From assembly GCF_009914755.1 (NCBI RefSeq), contig NC_060928.1: a stretch of DNA of 64,000 nt; one strand, written 5' to 3'. The position numbers and the translations under genes are program-made. The notes beneath the pieces are model-generated. The model searched no databases. It was not told the origin of the DNA and worked only from the letters and a program-made list of their open reading frames with translations. Shown in pieces: positions 13,901-28,390 of the stretch (position 1 is its first letter; every line of letters begins with the position of its first letter). The DNA comes from the human T2T-CHM13v2.0 reference genome, Homo sapiens.

Positions 13901-14298
13901 CATTTTATGTCTTCTTTTGAAAAATGTCTATTCAGATCTTTTGTCCATTTTTAAGTTGGATTATTAGATTTTTTCCTATAGAGTTATTTAAGCTCTTTAT
14001 ATATTCTTGTTATTAATCCCTTGTCACATGGTTAGTTGGAAAATATTTTCCACTATTCCATGGAGTGTCTCTTCAGCTTGATTGTTTCCTTTGTTGTGCA
14101 GAAGCTTTTTAACCTGTGTGATCCCATTTGTCCATTATTGTGTTGGTTGCTTGTGCATGTGAGGTATTACTCAAGAAATCTTTGTCTAGTCCATTGTCCT
14201 GGAGAGTTTACCCAATGCTTTCTTTTCTATTATTACATTTTAAATATAATATAATTTAATCTCTGACTACGATGACATACAAATAAGGCAAAAGTATT

Positions 14299-14691
<393 letters not shown>

Positions 14692-17600
14692 CTATAATTG
14701 GAGTGCTTATCACCCAAAGTTTTCTTTTAGTAGTTTCATTCCTTGAGGTCATAGATTTAAGTCTTTACTTCATTGTGATTTGATTTTTATATATGGCAAG
14801 AGACAGGGGTGTAGTTTCATACTTCTGCATAATGTTAGCCAGGTTTCTCAGTAGCATTTGTTGAAGAGACTGTCGTTTCCCCAATGTATGTTCTTGGCAA
14901 CTTTGTCAAAAATGAGTTCACAATAGATGTATGGATTTATTTCTGGAATCTCTATTCTGTTGCATTGGTCTATGTTTCTATTTTTATGACAGTTTCATGC
15001 TGTTTTGATTACTATAGCTTTGCAGTATAATCTGAAGTCAAGTAACGTGATTCTTTCAGTTTTGTTCTTTTTGCTCAGGATGGCTTTGGCTAGCCTGGGT
15101 CTTTTGTGGTTCTATATACATTTTAGAATTATTTATTCTACTTTCATTTAGAAGGTCATTTGAATTTTAATAACAATTACATTGAATCTGTAGATTGCTA
15201 TAGGTAGCACGGACATTTTAACAATAATCCATGAATGTGAAATATTTGTGTGTGTCTGTCTTTTTCAGTTTCTTGCATCAATGTGTTATGGTTTTTATTA
15301 TAGATATCTTTCTCTTATTTGGTTAATTCCTAGATATTTTATTTTATTCATAGCTATTGTAAATGGGATTATTTCTTGATTGTTTTTTAGTTCCCTATAG
15401 GCATACTGAAATGCTACTGATTTTTGTATGTTGATTTGGTATTCTGCAACTTTACTGAATTTGTTTATCAGTTCAAATCATTTTTTGGGGGAGTATTTAG
15501 ATTGTTCCAAGTATAAGACTATACCATCTGCAAATGATGATAATTGTAATTTCTTCCTTTCCAGTTTGCATACCCTTTATAGCTTTCTCTTGTCTGATTG
15601 CTCTAGCTAGGACTAGAGCATTAACACTGGTGAAAGTGGCAATCTTGTCTTCTTCTAGATCTTAGAAGAAAGCCTTTAATTTTTCCCCATTTAGTATGAT
15701 GTTAGCTTTTATTGTATCGAGGTATGTTCCTTCTGTACCCAGTTTTTGATAATTTTTATCATGAAGTGATGTTGAATTTTATAAAATGCTTTTCAGCATC
15801 AATTAAAATTATTTGGTTTTTATCCTTCATCCTGTTGATGTGATATATCACATTGATTGATTTGTGTATGTTGAGCCATCCTTGTATCACTTGGATGAAT
15901 CCCACTTGTTCATGGAATGAACTTTTTAATGTGTTGCTGAACTTGGTTTGCAAGTATTTTGTTAATGATTTTTACATAGATGTTCATCAGAGATAATGGT
16001 CTGTAGTTTTCTTTTTTTTGATGTGGCTTTGTCTGGTTCTGGTATCAGGGTATTACTGGCTTCGTAGGATAGTTTAGAAGTATTCCCTTCTTAATTTTTC
16101 AGAATAGTTTAAGTAGCATTAACATTAGTTCTTTAAATTTAAATATTTCATAGAATTCAGCAGTGAAATCATTGGGTCCCATGATTTTCTTTGCTAGGGA
16201 TTTTTTATTGTGGGTTTTTATCTCATTACTTGTTATTGGTCTATTCAGGTTTTGGATTTCTTCATGGTTCCTTCTTGGCAAATTGTATGTATCTAGGAAT
16301 TAATCTATTTCTTCTAGGTTTTCTAATTTCTTGGCATGTATTTGCTCATGGCAGTTTCTAATAATTCTTTGAATTTCTGTGGTATCAGATGTAGATGCTT
16401 CTTTTTGCATCTCTTATTATATTTATTTGGGTCTTCTGTCTTCTTAGTCAAGTTAAAGTTTTCTCTATTTTGTTTAATGTTTATAAAACCATATTTTTGT
16501 TTTATTGATTTTTGTATTATTATTCTGATTTCAATTTCATTTATTTCTGCTCCTATCTTTATCATTGTTCTTCTTTTAATAATTTTGGGTTTGGTTTGCT
16601 CTTGCTTTTCTAGTTTTTCTCAGATGCATTATTAAGTTGTTTATTTGAATTTTTTTCTATTTTTTTTGATGTAGGCACTTGTTGCTATAAACTTTCCTCT
16701 TAGTACTGCCTTTGCTGCATCCTAATGGCTTTGATATGTTGTGTTTCAATTTTGAATTACTTCAATAAACTTTTTAATTTCTTCACTGACCCACTGGTCA
16801 TTCAGGAGCATACTATTTAAATTCCATGTATTTGTATAGTTCCTAAGTTTCTCTTGTTATTGATTGCTAGCTTTATTCCACTGTGGTCCGAGAAGATACT
16901 TGATATGATATGATTTCAAATTTAAAAAAAGTTTAAGACCTATTTTGTGGCCTAACATATGGTTTGTCCTTGAGAATGATCTGTGCTGAGGAGAAGATTG
17001 TGTATTTTCTAGTCACTGGATGAAATGTTCTATAACTATCCATTCGGTCCATTTGGTCTACAGTGCAAATTTGGTCTGATGTTTCTTTGTTGGTTTTCTG
17101 TCTAGATGATGTGACTAATGCTGAAAGTAGGGTGTTGAAGCCTCCAACTTGTATTGTATTGAGGTCTATCTCTCTTTTTAGCTCTAATAATATTTGCTGT
17201 ATATATCTGGGTGCTCATGTTTGGTGCATATATATTTACAATTGTTATATCATCTTGCTGAATTGATTCCTTTATCATTGTACAATGACTTTCTTTGTTA
17301 CTTTTTACAGTTTTTATCTTGAAATCTATTTTATCTGATATCAGTATCAATACTCCTGCTGTCTTTTGGTTTCCATTTGCATAGACTATCTTTTACCATC
17401 CCTTTATTTTCAATCTACGTGTGTCTTTATAGGTGAAATGTGTTTCTTACAGGCAACAGATCATTGGATTTCCTTTTTTTATTTTAAAACATTCAGCTAT
17501 TTTATATCTTTTGGTTGAAGAGTTTAGTCCATTTACATTCAATGTTATTACTGATAAGGACTTATTTCTGCCATTTTTTTGTGTTTGCTTTCTGATTGTT

Positions 17601-18063
17601 TTGTAGTCTTTGTTCCTTCCTTTCTTTCTGTACAAGTAATTTTCTCTGTTGGTATGTTTTAATTTCTTGCTTTATATTTTTTGTGTGCCTTCTATCTTTT
17701 CAAATTGTGTTTCAGAGATATGAATTTCTGCTTCTTTTACTGACAAAGAATTTTGCATTTCATTTATTCATTGTTGGTGAGATTTTTGAGTGAAGATGCA
17801 GCAGAATATTTTTACTCTTCTTACTCTGTCCTGTCTTCAGTTAAAATATCAGAAACACATAAGTGTATATTTATTATCTAGTTTGTTTTTATTATGCATA
17901 CACAAGAACTCCTATAAGATTGCCCTTAATTCTTTCTTATGGATGTATGGAAGTTCAGAGCAGAATTTACAGTTCTCTAGCTGAGTATGTTGCATGCACA
18001 GATCTCTTAATCTAAATCTTTACTTTTAACATGTTTCACTATTATTTTCCCTTTGTTGACATC

Positions 18064-18102
<39 letters not shown>

Positions 18103-18136
18103 TATATATATATATACACACACATACATATATATG
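18064..18136. repeat. (TA)n/(CA)n microsatellite
   Basis: Direct reading. Confidence 0.95.
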
Positions 18137-18371
18137 TATTTGGACATATTTATTTTATTTTGAGTTATATCAATTTCTATAACTCAATTGCAAATATTTG
18201 CAAGCTAAGCAGATAATAAATGATAAAAAAAGGAAGGAGATAAAATTGGGATACTAAAGTCTTACATTCCATAGTTTATTTAAGCTGACATATATTAAAA
18301 GATATAAAAATATCACACATTGTAGGCCTTTAATAATTTAAATCCTACTCCTTCCCACACACATCTTTGTT

Positions 18372-18456
18372 CTTAATATCTTTACATTACTTAATATCTT
18401 TACATTACTTAATATCTTTACATTACTTTACATTACATACTTAATATCTTTACATT
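18372..18456. repeat. 18-bp minisatellite CTTAATATCTTTACATTA, about 4.5 copies
   Basis: Three perfect copies, one partial copy, then a near-complete copy. Confidence 0.95.
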
Positions 18457-20374
18457 CCAGTAAAAATTAATAGCAATAGGTATGATTATTAATAATAATG
18501 ATGATGGCTACTTCTACCTTTATAGAGCCCTACTATGTGCCAGAAATTGTACTTAGTTTTAAATAAATTATTTCTAGTGCCAAAATATAATAAAGAAAAA
18601 CACTTAGCACAATAACCAGCACATAAACATGCTCAAAAATTTTTTCTTACCAGTATTTATTGATTTTCTCTTATAATTTTTATTTATCTTTCTCTGGACT
18701 TTTTTTTAAACCTTTGATTTATGTTTAACAGTATTCTAAGCAGGCACCAGACTCAAGACATTTCTAGCAATGTTGCTGTTTTCTTCATATATTTCCATAC
18801 TGTGTGGTCTTTTGCTTGACTCTTCTGCTTCTCACTAGATTTCACTGGCCCTGGATGGCCTGACCAGGTTCCTGGTCTCACACTGACCATGGGAAGACAA
18901 TTCATGTTTTCAAGTTACACAGCAAGTTAGCTAGAAATCCATGCATTTTAATCAGGGGTTTTAGCTTAATATTGACAGCACTACATATTTTTTTTCTTAT
19001 TTGTCTTTCAAAGATTGTATATGCTTATTTTTTCCTCAGCCAGTGCACCTTTGACCATTTAAAAAATTGCTGGTTACATGATTTTATTATATATACTTTA
19101 GTTATACTTATTGTAGAAATTTATTCTAATCCTTTATTTAGTGCCTTTTGTTAAAATCTTTCAATGTGGCAACCTCTCTGGCTGTCTAATGTTGACTCTT
19201 CAGTGTCTTCAACTATTACAATTCTTTTTCCAGTCATGCTAAGATGCATATTAATAAGATTTTGTCTTTTCAAACACAGCCAATCAAGAACCCAGAATGG
19301 ACAGTTATTGCTCATTTTTTAATCTCTAAAATTAGAACTTACCATGAATTCTTTTAAACTAATGGTTATATACTATAATTTTCTTAATGATAATATATTC
19401 TGAAAAGCTGATGTTTTTGTTGATAATGATCATACCACATTTTCTAAATTCTGAATACCAGAAGACAGTACACAACATGAACTAATAATTACAGTGAATA
19501 ATATAGAAAACAATGATAGGCCCCATGAGTTTAGTTTTCTTTGATAGGTCTACGTAATTTCATACTGACTTGCTCATGAGAAAATTAATGAAACTAACAA
19601 TCTAAATGACAAGGAAGCTGGTAACTAGATTCTAAACGTTCATCTCTGCACATTGATGTCACTTGAGAAAACTATTAACATCAGAGAAAACTACAGAAAT
19701 AGTCAAACACGTGGCTATGAAAGAAAAGGAAAGCATAATGAAATCAGAATAGACAAGCATAATTAAGAGACTATGAGAGAATATTCATCTGAAGTAACAA
19801 AAATATTTATGGATGGTTTTTAGAAAGTAAAAAAATATTAAACTTTGTTTGTGAGATTAACTGTTTTCACCATACTATGGAGTTAATCTCCTATGATTTA
19901 TCTCTGGACTTGAGATTTGGGTAGCACTGGCTCTTATAATTTTGAAATTAAAAAATGTATACCTAATACATATATTTGTTTAAGTATATTCATAAACTTA
20001 ATTTGAAAGCAATTGAGCATCTATAATATTTTTAACATTATTGAAATCTGGCTATATTTTAATTTTACTAATTTATGATTTTAATTGTTTTCCTTCTTTC
20101 TTCTCAGAGGATCAACTCACTATAAATTCTGTTTCTTACAATGATTTTAAATAGAATGCTCTTCACACCTTTCTCTTTACATATTTATATTATTGCTATT
20201 GCGATTACCACAATTTAATAAGATTCATTTAGTTTGCATATATCATATACACGTTAGCAATTTAAAAATGTACTGACTTTCCTTTCAAAATCAACATCAT
20301 GATCCCTTTTAAAATGCATTTATTTTCATTCACCTTTTAGTTACGCATTGACTGTTTTCTGGTGAATGAGCTTA

Positions 20375-22200
20375 TTTTCTATTTTATTTTTAAGTTTTAG
20401 ATTCAGGAGGTACATGTGTAGGTTTGTTACCTGGGTGTATTTGGTGATGTTGAGGTTTGGGCTTTTAGTGATCCCATTGCCTGAACAATGAACATAGTAC
20501 TTGATAGGTAGTTTTTCAACCCTTGCCCCTGTGGGAACTCCTTAGTGTTTATTGTTCCCATTTTTGTGTCCGTATGCACCCAAAGTTTAGCTCCCAATTA
20601 TAAGTGAGAATGCATGTATTTGGTTTTCTGTTTGTGTGTTAACTTGTTGAGGACAATGACTTTCAGTTGTATCTGTGTTGCTGCAAAAGACATGATTTTA
20701 CTCTTTTTTATGGTGGCATAGTATTCCATAGTGTATGTGTACCACATTTTCTTTATCCAGTGCACTGTTGATGCACACTTGGGTTGATTCCATGTCTTTG
20801 CTATTGTGAATAGTGCTGTCTCAAACATACAAGTACAGGTGTCTTTTGGTAGAATGATTTCTTTTCCTTTGCGTATATACCCAAAGTAAGGGGTATATAA
20901 TTACGGGGATTGCTGGGTCAAATGGTAGTTCTATTTTTAGTTATTTGAGAAACCTCCAAACTGCTTTCTACAGGAGCTGAATTAATTTGCATTCCCACCA
21001 ACAGTGCGTAAGCATTCCCTTTTCTCCATAACCTCTCCAACATCTATTATTTTCTAACTTTTTTATAATATACTTTAAGTTCTAGGGTACATGTGCACAA
21101 CTTGCAGGTTTGTTACATAGGTATACATGTGCCATGTTGGTTTGTTGCATCCATCATCTTGTCATTTACATTAGGTATTTTTCCTAATGCTATCCCTCCC
21201 CCAGCCCCCCACCCCCTACGACAAGCCTCTGTGTGTGATGTTCCCCTCCCTGTGTCTAAGTGTTCTCATTTTTCAAGTACCACCTATGAGTGAGAACATG
21301 TGGTGTTTGGTTTTCTGTCCTTGTGATAGTTTGCTGAGAATGATGGTTTCCAGCTTCATCCATGTCCCTGCAAAAGACGTGAACTCATCCTTTTTTATGG
21401 CTGCATAGTCATCCTGACTGGTATGAGACGGTTTTGATTCACGTTTCTTTGATGATTAGTAACACTGAACATTTTTTCATATATTTACTGGCCAGTTGTA
21501 GGACTTCTTTTGAGAAGTGTCCATTCATATCCGTTTTCCACATTTTTATGGGGTTATTTGTTATTTTTCTTGTTGATTTGTGTAAGTCCACTACAGATTC
21601 TAGATATTAGTCCTTTGTCAGGTGCATAGTTTACAAATATTTTCTACCATTCTGTGGGCTGTTTCCTCTGTTAATATTCTTTTTTGCTGTGCAGTGGTTC
21701 TTTAGTTTAATTAGGTTCCAATTGGCATTTTTTTGTTGTTATTGCATTTGCTTTTGAGGACTTGGTCATAAATTCTCTGTCATGGACAATATCTAGGAAA
21801 GTACTTTCACTGTTATCTTCTAGGATTTTTATAGTTTGAGGTCTTACATTTAAATCTTTAATCCATCTTGTGTTAATGTTTGTGCATGGTGAGAGGTAGA
21901 CGGTCCAGTTTCATTTTTCTCCTTATGCTTAGCTTCTCCAGCATCTTTTATCGAATAGAATACCTGTTCCTCATTGTTTATTTTTTTGACTTTGTTGAAG
22001 GTCGGTTGGTTGTAGGTATGTGGCTTTATTTCAGGGGTCACTATTCTGTTCCATTGGTCTATGTGTCTATTTTTGTACCAGTACCATGCTCTTTAGGTTG
22101 TTGCAGCTTTGTAGCATAATTTGAAGTTGGGTAATTTAATGCCACTGGCTTTATTCTTTTTGCTTAGGATTGTCTTGGCTATTTAGGCTCTTTTCTGATT
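20375..22200 (-). mobile_element. L1PA15/16-like 5'-truncated LINE
   Basis: 3'UTR GATTCAGGAGGTACATGTGTAGGTTTGTTAC; ORF2 C-terminal peptide 20598..20828. Confidence 0.9.
21058..21409 (-). mobile_element. Nested L1PA5-7-like 3' end
   Basis: TATACTTTAAGTTCTAGGGTACATGTGCACAAC...TTTTTTATGGCTGCATAGT interrupts the host L1. Confidence 0.9.
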
Positions 22201-22349
22201 ATGATATACGGTCAGTAAACAAATAGTTGATATGCATACTACTTAAGGTGGAATTATTTCTATTTTACATGTGTACATATCTTACACCTTACTTTGACTC
22301 CTACACAGACATTTCCTCAGTATTTTCTATATTAAAAATAGCAAAGATG

Positions 22350-23020
<671 letters not shown>

Positions 23021-23528
23021 TAAAAGAATTTACATATATAAATTCATTTAAAATTCACAACAAATGTATAAGGTATTTTTATTATCCCCATTTTACAGAT
23101 AAAACATTGAATTTTAGAATAGCTTTTTTAACCTGGTGAATTACTATATTCTTTAAAAAAATAAAGAAATACATAGCTGAGGGTTCTCTAGTTGTGTGTT
23201 TCAACTATTATACAGTTTTTGGGCTATCTGTTACACTGTTGTGGATACTAGAAGATCAATTTGTCTGTTGTCTGGCTTCTGGAGAGCAGAGGCCGCTTAT
23301 GGAACCCTGAGCTTGGTCTTATCATGTGGCAAATCTGTTAGCAGAAAGGGAAAACTTAAGTTGCTTCTATCTAGTTCAAACTAGATTATGTCGATACTTT
23401 TGGTTCTTTCCTAAAGTCAGTTGACAAATCATCACTTTGATACTCTTGAGCCAATGCCAGTTAAGCAAAGGTTTGAGGCATGATAGCTATGAAGCACTAG
23501 GTGAGGGTGTGTGTGTGTGTGTGTGTGT

Positions 23529-23771
23529 TTGTGGCCACTTGTATGACTTCTTTTGAGAAGTGTCTGTTCATGTCCCTTCTCCACAATAAATAAATGGGGT
23601 TATTTATTATTTTTCTTATTGATTTGTTTAAGTTCACTATAGATTCTGGATATGATGCTTTGTCAGTTGCATACCTTGCAAATATTTTCTCCCATTCTGC
23701 ATGTTGTCTTTTTCCTCTGTTGATACTCTCTTTAGCTGTGCAGTAGTTCTTTAGTTTAAGTGGGTCCCAAT
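23529..23771 (-). mobile_element. Isolated internal L1 ORF2 fragment flanked by (TG)n on both sides
   Basis: Peptide WDPLKLKNYCTAKESINR...WEKIFA...DMNRHFSKE; TG runs at 23507-23528 and 23772-23818. Confidence 0.9.
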
Positions 23772-24499
23772 TGTGTGTGTGTGTGTGTGTGCATGTGTGT
23801 GTGTGTGTGTGTGTGTGTCTACAGATCCAATATTTGTTAATGCGCAATTCTAACACTAAAATTAATTAGGCTCAGTATGCAATAAATTATTCAGGGCACA
23901 AGACTAAACTTGATTCAAAATGGAAATTGTCCTATTGAACTATTATAGAAAACACAACTAAATTTACACGGAAAGCAAAATGTACCTACCCCTACATGTA
24001 CCATTTTCTTGCAGATGGAAGCCTGAATATTGTGAAAATTTACCATTTGTAAATATATTTCTAACAAGGTATTAAATCACATCTTTAATATTTTGACAGT
24101 ACTGTTAACATTTGATAAAATGAACTTCACAGATTAGCATCCTGATTTACAACTCCCTAGACACTTGGAGATTTTAGAAGAGTGTCTTGAGCCAAAAGAG
24201 ATTGAATAAATAAATGATACACTGGTTAGAAAAATTCTCTTCTCATTCAGAAATAGGGATGGAATGCATACCAATGAAAAGATACTCTGAGTCAGAAAAT
24301 TAAAAAATATTAAATCAGATGAATATTGAAGTTAATCATTCCAAAGCAATAAGATCGTATGAATAAAATCATTGAGGGATAATCAAGAATTTTGGATTCA
24401 ATTCATTGTTCTGCTGCTGAAGTTGTATCTATCTTGCCTCTAGTCATTTAACTATTAATCACACATTAATTGAACACCACCTACAGGAAGTGTTGATAT

Positions 24500-24735
24500 G
24501 CTGAATGAGAAGATGAACTCAGAAGCTAAGATGTATTGAATTCTGACTCTTTCCTTTATGCTATATGTTCTTGCAAAGTCACTTAACTGTTTGGTGGCCT
24601 AATGTTTTATCTGTAAAATGGGGCTAATAAAAGTATGTTATACATTTGCTGTGCATTTTTAAAATGAATTAATATGTGTAAAGTTCTCTTAAAAAGTGCT
24701 TGGTACACCTAACATATTACATGCATCTTTGCTAT
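24500..24735 (+). mobile_element. MIR
   Basis: Core ATCTGTAAAATGGGGCTAATAA...AATGAATTAATATGTGTAAAG. Confidence 0.75.
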
Positions 24736-24829
24736 TTTTTAATATAGAACATATTAAGGAAATGTCTGTGTAGCAGTCAATGCACACATGTAAAATAGAA
24801 ATAACTCTACATTCAGTAGTGTGCACATC

Positions 24830-25261
24830 AACTATTTTTTTCCCATACATCATCCATTACACTTTAGACATCACCACAATATTTCTTTGAAGGACCACCC
24901 TTTAATTCAGTCCATGTGATTCAAGTGGGATTTAGACTTTTGTCTGCTCTACGCCCTCAGTTCCTGAAGTGGAGACTGTTCCAGGTCTGATCAATAATTC
25001 TATGCTATCCCATTAGCCATAGCATTTGGTTCAGGATGAAGAGGTGAAATAATGAGTGTCTGAGGGAGAATATCACAATTTGTGGATCTATTTAGAGATG
25101 CTCTATGCCTTTGGGGATCATTAGTTTTAAGTATGATGTGGTAAACTTAGGGGTGCCAGGAGCCACAGTAGTGATATAGATTGCATGTGAATGAAATAAA
25201 CCAGAAGAAAACAGTGTCAAAAGATAGACAGACAGATAGATAGATAGATACATAGATACAT

Positions 25262-25303
<42 letters not shown>

Positions 25304-25495
25304 AGACTACAGAGAGAGAAGGGAGAGAGGGTGGTAGTACTCATGCTATCAGTTGAGTTCCTAAATGGAGCTGTGTCTGCAGTAAACATGTGCCTGGGAT
25401 TTTGACCTGCATGAGTCAATATGTTCCCATATATATTTTGAAATAACTGTGATTCAGGTGCTTCTGTTAGCTGCCAAGAGTACATCCTAATGCAC
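24830..25495 (+). mobile_element. Old MLT1-type (ERVL-MaLR) LTR containing a GATA repeat
   Basis: Degenerate MLT1J/K/L-type 3' end (CATGAGTCAATATGTTCCC...TTCTGTTAGCTGC...CCTAATGCA). Confidence 0.55.
25222..25303. repeat. Compound tetranucleotide STR (GATA/GACA) with a pure (AGAT)9 block
   Basis: Direct reading; pure block at 25265-25300. Confidence 0.95.
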
Positions 25496-25759
25496 AGGAG
25501 TTAAGAATTGCCTCAAGAGACATAAAAACAATATATTATTAACATTTTAAATATCAAAATACTGCTTCATCAAGAGATATTGAGCCTGAATAATATTAGA
25601 GCTTTTAAATCTCTAGGCTTTTAAAGCTCTATTACTTATACAATCTTTACATATGGCAGCAGAAACTCTACCTTTTAGGCTTTGCTTTTCAATCTCCTTT
25701 CTGAGAGCACTTTAACTAGAGAGTTTCTCTGTCACACCATGTCACAGAGTCTTCCTCAA

Positions 25760-25972
25760 CAATTAAGGTTGGGCAGCTATTTGCTCCTTGATTCTCCTAC
25801 ACACTTTGTACATAAAGCCCTGACCAGGTTTGATTTAAATTTCTGGTTTTACACATATCTCCCCAATGAGACTGTAGGCACTTTGAAAGCATAGAAAATG
25901 TCATATTCACCATTGCATCCTTTGCATGTATCACAATACTTGAAACATAGTAGTGCTCTGTATTTGTTAAAT
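25760..25972 (+). mobile_element. L2 3' end fragment
   Basis: Degenerate L2 tail (AGACTGTAGG...CACAATACTTGAAACATAGTAGTGCTC). Confidence 0.6.
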
Positions 25973-26067
25973 TCCCACACCAGGTATTAACAGCTGAAAA
26001 ATGGAGTGGTAATGTCTATTGTAAAATGATATTACTGTTACTTAGACAAAAACGCATCAGATCCCAT

Positions 26068-26390
26068 GTGTACTAGTTGCTACGGCTGCTGCAACAAAAT
26101 ACCAGAGTATGAGTGGCTTGAACAACATAAATTTATTTACTCACAGTTCTGGAGCCCAGAAATCCAAAATCAAGGTGTTCACAGGTTTGTTTTCTTTCGA
26201 AGCTGCTGCTCTCTTTGGCTTCTTCCTCTGTCTTCATATAGTCTTTCCTCCGTGTGGTCACTTGACTATGTCCAAATTTCGTCTTCTTATAAGTGCACCA
26301 GTCATATTGAATTAGGGTCCAACTAGAGGGATTATTAACTAGATAACTGTTTTAAAAACCTTATATGCAAATAAAAGTACAATCTAAGTC
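26068..26390 (-). mobile_element. MLT1 (A-C-like) LTR
   Basis: AAATTTATTTACTCACAGTTCTGGAG...AAATCCAAAATCAAGGTGT; CACCAGTCATATTGAATTAGGG. Confidence 0.8.
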
Positions 26391-27199
26391 CAACGAAGTG
26401 AAAGTAATGTCAGTTTGGTGGATCTTCCTCCATCTATTCAGCTTTTCCTTAGCTATGAAGTGTTCATACCACCTGAGACTACCTCATGGGACACTTTCTT
26501 CTGGTCTGTTCCACATTCTAGCTTTTTTTCCTCCTTAACTCCACTTTGGCAGTTCTTTAATCCTTTTTCAATCTCTTCTTCTTTCCCTCATCACTCACTC
26601 CCTTCCACTCCTTGCAAGGAGCTGCTTGACCTTCCCTTCTCTGTCTTAGGTAGAATGGTCTACCATTTATTGTCATCTAGTCTTACTTTTCTAGACAGGT
26701 CTATGTTGACATGGGTTTGAGTAGGAGACAGCAAAGCTTTGAATCTGGCAATGTAAGAGGGGAAGGGAGAGTCTGTTCATTGAGCTTTGGCTCCAGAATG
26801 TTCTATCTACAAGACAATCAGTAGATGCGCGAGCTTTAATATATCCCCTGAGAATAATTAAGGTCAAAGTTTATGCCTCTTGGTCTGTTTTCCCTTGCAT
26901 TTCTCAAAGTCCTATTTCTTATCCTAGCACATTCTAAGCAAGGGGTGTGGCAACTGAAGAGAATATCTCTCACAACAAACAAATGAAATGAATTTGTGGT
27001 TCTCAATTAGTGATTGGCATTGGGGAAGACAAATATTATGTTCAGGACTGAAATATCATTAGTTCATTTATCATTACCTGATGATGCTGATTCTCTGTAG
27101 TGGTAAATCCATTCATTTGTTATTTTAAGCTGCTTGCTTGAGCTTCATAGAAAAAAGCACCATTAAATGTGAGAAGCTAGCAAGCACTTAAGAGAACTA

Positions 27200-27528
<329 letters not shown>

Positions 27529-28134
27529 TTAGTTACTCAGTAAGAAAGACTATACATATGGATAATAGGTAATAAACAATTCAGATCCAAGAGGATAAAT
27601 ACTATTGCTTTGAAAGTGCTTTGCTAATAACAGTTAACACCTTATGATGATATTAACATAAAAATGGGTACTAGCCCCATTCTAAAGAAAACATGCAAAA
27701 ACGTGTACTCTAAGGAAGCCACAGTTAGGGTTATCATTGTTTAATGGAGCAGTTTACTATTATGCTTGCCAGCCAACTACTATGACCTACCTTGAACAGT
27801 GTCACTATTTGAAAAAATGCATGCCATTAGTTATCATGATAAAGCTGTACATGGTTCAGTGAATAACCACAACCATAATGGAAACCTTATTCACATTGGA
27901 GGACAGTTGAGTCAGCAGTGTAAAATGTATAGCGAAGGGGCAGTGAGTTTTCTTAAGAATTTTAGAGACTAATGAGGGTGTTGATACATTTCAGTCCTGA
28001 ACAAATTTATAATGAAATTTTGTATGTATAGTTTTTTAAAAATAAGTTTTTCTGTTGGGTTTCAGGTTCCTTTTAAGTTGTTATCTTTTATTCTCATCCT
28101 ACTAGGAGAGTAACTCAATAATATGATCATATTA

Positions 28135-28390
28135 ACAATAATAATAATTGCTGACATTCATTGAATGTTAGTGTGTTACGTACTATGGTAAACTCTTTCC
28201 ATGGATTACTTTATTTAATGCTCACAATAGCCCTAAAGATTATGTACTTAAATTAGCTTCATTTTATGGATAAACTGAACTGAGGTATATTGAGATGAAA
28301 TAATTGACCCAAGGTCATATAGGTAGCAATTTGCAAATCATAGTTTCTTATTCAGGCATTCTGACCTCAGCTCTGGCACTCTTATCGCTA
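28135..28390 (-). mobile_element. MIR
   Basis: Degenerate antisense MIR (ATTTAATGCTCACAATAGCCC...ACTGAGG...CCCAAGGTCA). Confidence 0.7.

Noticed and set aside
18372-18456. CRISPR-like array
   Set aside because: The units are contiguous with no unique spacers; it is a eukaryotic minisatellite with no cas genes.
25597-25631. Short inverted repeat TAGAGCTTT...AAAGCTCTA (similar hairpin near 12072-12095)
   Set aside because: Too short and AT-rich for a miRNA or MITE call; expected by chance.
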